Shown piece after piece: positions 4,808-11,045 of a DNA stretch of 36,019 nt. Made by a program: the position numbers and the translations under genes. The DNA comes from Lysobacterales bacterium (GTDB taxonomy: Bacteria; Pseudomonadota; Gammaproteobacteria; Xanthomonadales; S139-57), in assembly GCA_026993285.1 (NCBI GenBank), contig JALWTZ010000424.1:1-36019 (forward strand), read 5' to 3'. The number at the start of each line of letters is the position of its first letter. Position 1 is the stretch's first letter. Under the pieces are notes generated by a model. That model saw nothing but the letters and a program-made list of their open reading frames with translations. It was not told where the DNA came from and searched no databases.

Positions 4808-6994
4808 ATGAAGAAAACTATCAACATTCTATACTTGAACTTGCTGTTATTCGTCGGTGGCGTACAAGGGGCACACCCTGTTAGCAAGGGGCTGGCACCG
4901 ATGCCTTTTACCTATCAGGGACAGTTGACAGATAACAACAGCTTGCCCACCAATACCTATGATTTCGAGTTTCTGCTGTTCAATGCGGCGAGTGCCGGCG
5001 TGCAGGTGGGCAGTACGCTTACAAAGCAGGATGTGCCGGTGACTGATGGGATTTTCCAGGTGGAACTGGACTTCATTACTTCATTCGACAATGGTGACTA
5101 CTGGCTGGAAGTGCATGTACGCCCAGGAAACAGTACGGGCCCCTACACTACATTGAGCCCACGGCAGTATATCACCTTTGCACCCAAGGCTATTTTTGCG
5201 ATCAATGCTACTACGGCTGATGCGGCCTTTTCTGCGGATATAGCTTCTGCTGGTCCCTTTTGGTATTTGAGCGGGAATAGCGGGCCGGGTAATTTTCTTG
5301 GCACTCGGGATGCGAATGCGTTGGAGTTGCGCACAAACAATAAGCGGGTGGGGTTGTTTTCTGATGCAACAGATCTACCGAATCAGCATGCTCCAAATAT
5401 TTTAATGGGTTCAGAAGATAATATTATTACATCCAGCCTTGGAGCTACTATTTCAGGAGGAGGGGGTGATGCGACTAATTCCAATTGTGGTGATGGTACC
5501 CAACTGTGTGTAAATACCGTTTCAGCTGACTATGGAACTGTTTCCGGGGGCTTTGGCAATTTCGCCAGTTCCAGATTGGCCACTGTTGGTGGTGGAGTTA
5601 ATAATATTGCTAGTGGTAATAGTGCTGTTGTTTCTGGTGGGTCAAATAATATTGCCAGTAATGTTAGTGCTACGATTGCTGGCGGATTTGGCAATAATGC
5701 TAATGGACAATCTGGGTTCGTTGGCGGTGGGAGCGGTAACACTGCAAGTGGGTTTGCTGCCACTGTACCCGGTGGTTCATCCAACTTGGCTGGCGGTGAC
5801 TATAGTTTTGCTGCCGGTAGTGGGGCCAGAATTCGTGATGCGGACACGGTAAATACGGATGCGGGAATTACAACAGATACCAATGGTGATGAAGGTACCT
5901 TTGTCTGGGCCGATGCTTCCGGTGGTTTTTTTTCTTCAACCGGCCCCAACCAGTTTCTGGTACGGGCCTCCGGTGGCGCGGTTTTTACCGATGACAATAC
6001 GCAAAACAGTCCTTTAAGCTCACAGGTACTGATTGACAGCGCCTTGGCTTATCCGCTGCGTGTAAGAGCGGATGGAGCGACCACTCTGACTGTCACCAAT
6101 CAGCAGCGGGTTGGTGTGGGTACATTCATTCCGGAAAATGCCTTTCATGTTATAGATAGCATCACCGGCGGGGCGGTAGATACCCATGTGGCCCAGATTC
6201 AAAATACCAATCTCGGTACGGGTGCCGATGGGCTGGCCATTGTACTGGGCACCACGCTCAATCCCGGCACTGGCAACAATTTTATTTCCTTTTACACATC
6301 TGGTGGCAACACCCTGGTTGGCCAGATCGAAGGCAATGGTACGGGCGGAGTAAGCTACAACACTAGCGGAGGCGATTTTGCCGAATACCTGCCTTCGAAT
6401 GAAACGGACCTGCAACCAGGCGAAGTAGTGGGGTTGGTTCAGGGCCGGCTAAGCCGGGAAACCGGACAGGCAGAACGGGTACTGGTGATTTCCGGTAGCG
6501 CTGCCTTTGTAGGTGCTACTCCGCTGGAAAACAAAACCGGCGAGTATGCCCTGGCGGCGTTCATGGGGCAGGTGCCGGTGAGGTTGCATGGTGAGGCTCG
6601 CTCCGGTGACTGGCTGGTAGCTTCCGGGAAAAATGACGGTCATGCCGTGGCCCGCGGCCTGGAGCAACTGCAGGCCGCGGACATGGCGCGCATCATCGGT
6701 CGGGCGCTGGAAGCCAGCCGGGATGGCCAGGTGAAGGCCTTGGTGGGCCTGCCGCCCCAGGCCCTGCTGGCCGCCCAGCAGCAACGATTGAGCCAACTGG
6801 AAGGGGAGAACCGGCTGCAACAGCAGCAACTGGCCCAGCAACAACAGCAACTGATTGCAATGGAAGCCAATTACGGTCAGCAACTGGCGCAACTGCAACA
6901 GGCGCTGCAAGCCTTGCAAGCCAGCCAGCAGCAACTGGTGACTCGCCTGCGAGCAGCAGAAGGTGATGCGCATACACAGGAGCCCGCCCAATGA
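4808..6994 (+). CDS. secreted fiber-like protein, paralog C (long form, 728 aa) with extra Peptidase_G2-like module
   Basis: ORF 4730..6994 is trimmed to ATG 4808 (GGGAGAGAG 4 nt upstream), with signal peptide MKKTINILYLNLLLFVGGVQGA. The N-module, head repeats and neck match A and B. It then has a roughly 270-aa insert (about 5970-6780) containing GGDFAEYLP...GEVVGL..G.L...VLVISG motifs. The tail is Gln-rich. Confidence 0.85.
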   Translation: MKKTINILYLNLLLFVGGVQGAHPVSKGLAPMPFTYQGQLTDNNSLPTNTYDFEFLLFNAASAGVQVGSTLTKQDVPVTDGIFQVELDFITSFDNGDYWLEVHVRPGNSTGPYTTLSPRQYITFAPKAIFAINATTADAAFSADIASAGPFWYLSGNSGPGNFLGTRDANALELRTNNKRVGLFSDATDLPNQHAPNILMGSEDNIITSSLGATISGGGGDATNSNCGDGTQLCVNTVSADYGTVSGGFGNFASSRLATVGGGVNNIASGNSAVVSGGSNNIASNVSATIAGGFGNNANGQSGFVGGGSGNTASGFAATVPGGSSNLAGGDYSFAAGSGARIRDADTVNTDAGITTDTNGDEGTFVWADASGGFFSSTGPNQFLVRASGGAVFTDDNTQNSPLSSQVLIDSALAYPLRVRADGATTLTVTNQQRVGVGTFIPENAFHVIDSITGGAVDTHVAQIQNTNLGTGADGLAIVLGTTLNPGTGNNFISFYTSGGNTLVGQIEGNGTGGVSYNTSGGDFAEYLPSNETDLQPGEVVGLVQGRLSRETGQAERVLVISGSAAFVGATPLENKTGEYALAAFMGQVPVRLHGEARSGDWLVASGKNDGHAVARGLEQLQAADMARIIGRALEASRDGQVKALVGLPPQALLAAQQQRLSQLEGENRLQQQQLAQQQQQLIAMEANYGQQLAQLQQALQALQASQQQLVTRLRAAEGDAHTQEPAQ

Positions 6995-7257
6995 AGGCCC
7001 GCTGGGTGGTTTTCTGGATGGTATTGGCCAGCACTTCGGTACTGGCCCAGTCTTCCGGTGGCAATTACACGCTGGAAAAACACAGCATCGACGGCGGTGG
7101 TGGTGTTTCTACTGGCGGCAGCTATAGCCTGCAAGGCACCATCGGCCAGCCCGATGCCGGCCGGCTGGAAGGTGGCAGCTATGTGATCGAGGGTGGCTTC
7201 TGGGCCAGCGCCAGCGGCCAGACCGCTGACCTGCTGTTTGCCGACAGCTTTGAATAA
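6991..7257 (+). CDS. small secreted Gly-rich fiber-partner protein, copy 3 (88 aa)
   Basis: ATGA overlap with the stop of paralog C. Signal peptide is MKARWVVFWMVLASTSVLA/QS, with the same three GGxYx[LI] units and C-terminal FADSFE. Confidence 0.85.
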   Translation: MKARWVVFWMVLASTSVLAQSSGGNYTLEKHSIDGGGGVSTGGSYSLQGTIGQPDAGRLEGGSYVIEGGFWASASGQTADLLFADSFE

Positions 7258-7273
7258 TGTCTTGTTGTCTTAT

Positions 7274-7305
7274 GCTGACGCTGACCTGACCTGACCTGAC
7301 CTGAC
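7274..7305. repeat. pentanucleotide microsatellite (CTGAC)n, 5 perfect units plus a flanking imperfect unit
   Basis: CTGAC repeats perfectly five times at 7281-7305, preceded by GCTGACG at 7274-7280. It lies in the spacer between convergent genes. Confidence 0.9.
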
Positions 7306-7352
7306 CTGTGGCGGGCTTCCGTAGGATGCAATCGCGCCAGCGTATGCCACCA

Positions 7353-7375
7353 CGACAGGCAGAACCGGCCTGTCG
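7353..7375. terminator. stem-loop between convergent genes (possible bidirectional terminator)
   Basis: CGACAGGC (7353-7360) pairs with GCCTGTCG (7368-7375), an 8-bp GC-rich stem with a 7-nt loop. No clear U-tract. Confidence 0.35.
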
Positions 7376-7408
7376 GCCGCTCTGCTGCCGTTAGTACGAG
7401 TCAGGTCT

Positions 7409-8953
7409 TCAGGGTGACTCGAAACTGTCGCTGAAGGTCAGACAGTTGTTGGCTGATTGCGGGTCCAGCGGGTCGGAGCCACAAAGGCGTTCCACGAAAT
7501 CATTGAGGCCATCCCCGTCGGTATCCGCCAGGTTGGGGTCAGTCTCGCTGCCGTTGACCGCGCCGTTACCATCGGCATCTTCACTGCCATCGGTGAGTTT
7601 GTCACCATCGGTGTCGGGTTCGAGTGGGTCGGTGGTGGTGTTGGGGTTACTGTCCGGTACCCAACTGTTGGCAGTGCCGGCAATGATGCCCTGGGCAGCA
7701 ATACCTGTTGTCAGGCCCAGTTCCAGGCCATCGTTCAGTTGGTCGTTGTCGCTGTCCGCACGGGTGGGTTCCGTGCCCTGTTGCAGTTCTTCTCCATCGG
7801 AAAGACCGTCATCGTCCGTGTCGGCATCCATCGGGTTGGTACCTTCGGTGTTTACTTCCGCGCCATCGGTAATACTGTCACCGTCACTGTCGGCATTGGC
7901 CGGGTCGGTTTCGCCGGCTTCCTGGGAGCCGTTTAGATTGCTGTCTTCCGCACCATCCAGCAGGGTATCGCCGTCGGTATCGATGCTGTCGGGGTCAGTG
8001 GTACTGGCCGGGTCGGCATCGGGGGTGAAGTTACTGGTGCCGGAGAAGGATACACCCGTGCCGTCCGAGGTGCCGCCGGGCACGCCGCTGGTGAGGCCGG
8101 TTTCCAGTCCGTCGAGCAGTTGGTCTCCATCACGGTCGGGATCCAGAGCGTCTGGCAGGCCGTCGCCATCGGTGTCATTGGTGGTACTTTCATTGCCATC
8201 AGCAATGCCATCATCGTCGCTGTCGGCATCGGCAGGATCGGTTTCCCCACTGTCTTGCGCGCCGTTGTTGTTGCTGTCTTCCGCGCCATCCTGTATGCCA
8301 TCGTTGTCGGTATCCGGGTCGCTGGGGTCGGTTTTACTGGCCGGGTCGGCATCGGGGGTGAAGTTACTGGTGCCGGAGAAGGATACACCCGTGCCGTCCG
8401 AGGTGCCGCCGGGCACGCCGCTGGTCAGGCCGGTTTCCAGTCCGTCGAGCAGGCCATCGCCATCACGGTCAGCGTCCACAGCGTCCGGCAGGCCGTCAGC
8501 ATCGGTGTCATTGGTAGTGCTTTCATTGCCGTCAGCTATGCCGTCATCGTCGCTGTCGGCATCAATGGGGCTGGTTTCTCCAAAATCGAGACTGCAGTTG
8601 CCGCCCACTTCGATATTGTCGTTGAGGCCATCGTTGTCAGTGTCGGCATCGCAGACATCGGAGTTCATCAGGCTTTCCTGCGCGTTACTGCAGCTGTCCC
8701 CGTCTTCGTCGTCGTTGATGCTGGCTCCGAAGCCGTCACAGTTCTGGTCAATGCCATCGCCGCAGATTTCCAATGCACCGGGATGGATAGTGGCATCTGA
8801 ATCATCACAATCCATGCCACCGCAGATGGCGTCCAGGTAGCCGTCACCGTCCATATCCTGACAAACGCCCTTGATCAATGGATTGTTTGCCCAGGTGGTT
8901 TGCAGACCCAGCAGGAAAACAGCCAGCAGGCCGAATTTGGTGGTAGTGCGCAT
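7409..8953 (-). CDS. secreted acidic calcium-binding-type repeat protein (thrombospondin type 3-like DxDxDG repeats) with an N-terminal Cys-rich MopE-like motif
   Basis: The 802-aa ORF is trimmed to ATG 8953, where signal peptide [22 protein letters not shown] begins. [27 protein letters not shown] matches the remembered 'putative metal-binding motif' (MopE-like) pattern. There are many D.D.DG..D..E repeats. The C-terminus is [11 protein letters not shown]. Confidence 0.8.
   Translation of the reverse strand: MRTTTKFGLLAVFLLGLQTTWANNPLIKGVCQDMDGDGYLDAICGGMDCDDSDATIHPGALEICGDGIDQNCDGFGASINDDEDGDSCSNAQESLMNSDVCDADTDNDGLNDNIEVGGNCSLDFGETSPIDADSDDDGIADGNESTTNDTDADGLPDAVDADRDGDGLLDGLETGLTSGVPGGTSDGTGVSFSGTSNFTPDADPASKTDPSDPDTDNDGIQDGAEDSNNNGAQDSGETDPADADSDDDGIADGNESTTNDTDGDGLPDALDPDRDGDQLLDGLETGLTSGVPGGTSDGTGVSFSGTSNFTPDADPASTTDPDSIDTDGDTLLDGAEDSNLNGSQEAGETDPANADSDGDSITDGAEVNTEGTNPMDADTDDDGLSDGEELQQGTEPTRADSDNDQLNDGLELGLTTGIAAQGIIAGTANSWVPDSNPNTTTDPLEPDTDGDKLTDGSEDADGNGAVNGSETDPNLADTDGDGLNDFVERLCGSDPLDPQSANNCLTFSDSFESP
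7893..8558 (-). repeat. in-frame tandem duplication, 2 x 333 nt (111 aa), inside the acidic repeat protein
   Basis: The cores at 8004-8119 and 8337-8452 are almost identical in DNA, at an offset of 333 nt. The protein units run [74 protein letters not shown]... Confidence 0.85.
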
Positions 8954-8993
8954 AGTTTTTTTTGTCCTTTTGTCGTCAGCAAGCGAATTGCGC

Positions 8994-9022
8994 AGTGTAG
9001 AACTGATCGAAAAAACCTGCAA
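8994..9022 (-). promoter_or_regulatory. possible sigma70 promoter for the acidic repeat protein
   Basis: On the minus strand it reads TTGCAG (9022-9017), a 17-nt spacer, then TACACT (8999-8994), about 40 nt upstream of ATG 8953. Confidence 0.3.
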
Positions 9023-9036
9023 ATTATTCTTCAAAC

Positions 9037-9867
9037 TCATCCGTCTGCAGGTAGCAGGTAAGCCCATTGCGGGGCTCCATCTCCTGGTTGTCGATACAGG
9101 GGTTGAGGCTGGTCGGGCCCGGTTTCTACAAGGGCTTCTGGAAATGCCTGCGGGCTGAGCAAGTCCATTTTGTTGCAGGCCTGCCAGCCTGGGGGCGCGG
9201 GTTGCCGAAACCAGGTACCCTGCGGGTGGTTCGGGTGCAGAGGCAGCTGTTCCTGGCCTTCCAGCGGTTGTTGACTGTAGAACAGCCGCCCCCAGACAAA
9301 ACCCAGGCGGTGAATTTCTCCCGTGTGCCCCTGTTCGGTCAGCCATTTTTGTATTTGTGGATGCCGGCTCAGTTCGAGCTGGTGAAGCCGCATGTGCCGC
9401 AGTTTCTTTTCCAGTGTGTCTTTCTTGCCCGGCCCCAGCCACTGCCAGCCACCTTCCGGCAGTGGTGTCTGCAGGTAGAACTTGCAGGCCACTTCCCAGT
9501 GCCAGAGCTTGCCGTCGCGCAGGTCCTGCAGAAGGAAATCCAGCGCGCCCAGGGTGCGGCCCTGTTCGCGCACGGGCAGGTTTTCGGCCAGTATTTGCAG
9601 GTGTGGCTGTTGATGCAGCCAGAAAGCCAGCACATGTTCGAAGATTCGTCCCAGGCGCCAGTCGTTCAGCGTGGCCATCCAGTGCTGCAGGGGTTCGGGC
9701 TGTGATTGCAGGGCCCGCAGGCGCCTTGCCTTGTCGGGCCAGAAACCATCCAGACTTTCCGGCCAGTGCTGGCCGGGCTGCCGCGGGCAGACCAGTGGCG
9801 GGCTTGCAAGCAACCATTCCAGTGCGTGCCAGTAGAAGGAGATTGGGTAAAGCTTGATCCGGGCCAT
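9037..9867 (-). CDS. DUF1853-like protein (PD-(D/E)xK nuclease-fold superfamily member, function unknown)
   Basis: ORF 9037..9996 is trimmed to ATG 9867 ([20 protein letters not shown]...). The motif LDFLLQD....[11 protein letters not shown] fits a D...E.K nuclease-fold signature. The family assignment is from memory. An alternative start at 9903 is possible. Confidence 0.6.
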   Translation of the reverse strand: MARIKLYPISFYWHALEWLLASPPLVCPRQPGQHWPESLDGFWPDKARRLRALQSQPEPLQHWMATLNDWRLGRIFEHVLAFWLHQQPHLQILAENLPVREQGRTLGALDFLLQDLRDGKLWHWEVACKFYLQTPLPEGGWQWLGPGKKDTLEKKLRHMRLHQLELSRHPQIQKWLTEQGHTGEIHRLGFVWGRLFYSQQPLEGQEQLPLHPNHPQGTWFRQPAPPGWQACNKMDLLSPQAFPEALVETGPDQPQPLYRQPGDGAPQWAYLLPADG

Positions 9868-9923
9868 GGAAATTTCTGATTCAAGAGGTATATTCGAAAA
9901 CATGACCCTAAAGGAAAAACACC

Positions 9924-10784
9924 ATGTTCGAAAGTGATAGCACCCACCATGCAGAGGCAGAAAAGCTGCTGAAGAAGATCTCACCGGAAAATCCAAGAGT
10001 GCTGCCGTCCTTTGAACGTGGTGTCTACCCGTACCCCGGCAAGATGAAACGTAAGGAGTACGAGCGCAAGAAGCGGGATTTGCAAACCGAGCTGCTCAAG
10101 TTGCAGGCCTGGTTGAAACGCGAAGGTGAACGGGTCGTCATTGCCTTCGAAGGCCGGGACGCCGCTGGAAAGGGTGGCACCATCAAGCGGGTCACCGAAC
10201 ACCTTAACCCACGGATTACCCGGGTCGTGGCGCTGGAAAAACCCACGGAAGTGGAGCGGGGGCAATGGTATTTTCAGCGTTATATTCGCCAGTTGCCCAC
10301 AGCGGGTGAAATGGTGCTGTTTGACCGTTCCTGGTACAACCGCGCCGGGGTGGAACGGGTGATGGGTTTTTGCACCAATGATGAATACCACGAGTTTCTG
10401 CGGGCCACACCGGAACTGGAACGCATGTGGGTCCGTAGCGGCATTCACCTGATCAAGCTCTGGTTTTCCGTCAGCCGGGAAGAACAGCTGCGCCGTTTCA
10501 AGGCCCGGCAGACCGACCCGCTGAAATCCTGGAAACTCAGCCCCATCGATGTGCAATCCCTCAATCGCTGGGATCAGTACACCGAGGCCAAGGACGCCAT
10601 GTTCTTCTACACCGATACCGCCGATGCCCCCTGGACGGTGGTGAAATCCGACTGCAAGAAACGCGCGCGCATCAACACCATGCGCTACCTGCTCAGCCTG
10701 TTCGATTACCCGGACAAGAACCCGGAAGTGGCCGGAGCGCCGGATGCGCTGATCGTGGGATCGCCGAAGGAAATGTATCCCTGA
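9924..10784 (+). CDS. ppk2: polyphosphate kinase 2 (single-domain PPK2)
   Basis: FEGRDAAGKGGTIKR is the Walker A-like P-loop. WYFQRY, FDRSWYNR and the lid region KLSP.D fit the family signature. Confidence 0.9.
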   Translation: MFESDSTHHAEAEKLLKKISPENPRVLPSFERGVYPYPGKMKRKEYERKKRDLQTELLKLQAWLKREGERVVIAFEGRDAAGKGGTIKRVTEHLNPRITRVVALEKPTEVERGQWYFQRYIRQLPTAGEMVLFDRSWYNRAGVERVMGFCTNDEYHEFLRATPELERMWVRSGIHLIKLWFSVSREEQLRRFKARQTDPLKSWKLSPIDVQSLNRWDQYTEAKDAMFFYTDTADAPWTVVKSDCKKRARINTMRYLLSLFDYPDKNPEVAGAPDALIVGSPKEMYP

Positions 10785-11045
10785 TCCAGACATTTTGGAC
10801 AACACCCACAACGGGATTGGCTCCCTGATCCCAGGTCGATCTTCCCGGTGTATGCATTTTGTGCGTCAGTACGCAACTTCCAGTGATCAGCCGCTTCCTT
10901 TCTTGCTTTGAAAGTTGCAAAATCGTATGGTGATTGAATCAGCTTGACCACGAGGTATAGCGGTATGCCTTCAGTATTTCTGGAAGGCTGCCATACATAC
11001 AGATATGTGGTGACCGTGGCTGATCTTCATCAGGGAGTTCTCAAA

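Noticed and set aside
7893-8558. Periodic repeats considered as a CRISPR array (also 11847..11981 and 7274..7305)
   Set aside because: These are in-frame coding tandem duplications (333 nt and 45 nt) and a 5-nt microsatellite. There is no repeat-spacer organisation and there are no cas genes.
7446-8840. 464-aa Ser/Pro-rich plus-strand ORF and the overlapping ORFs 7457..7936 and 8120..8800
   Set aside because: They are antisense or alternative frames of the acidic repeat gene. The Asp/Gly-rich repeat DNA stays open in several frames. Only the minus-strand frame has a signal peptide, coherent Ca-binding-type repeats and a clean start.
8954-9817. N-terminal 288-aa extension of the 802-aa minus-strand ORF 7409..9817
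   Set aside because: The extension is Arg/Ala/Pro/Gly-rich with no recognisable domain. It overlaps the DUF1853-like CDS in another frame. A textbook signal peptide begins at the internal ATG 8953. It is a typical spurious open frame in GC-rich DNA.
10693-10951. Minus-strand ORFs of 75 and 81 aa in the ppk2-paralog D spacer
   Set aside because: They overlap the 3' end of ppk2 and have no RBS or recognisable motif, so they are likely chance ORFs. No convincing promoter for paralog D could be called here either.
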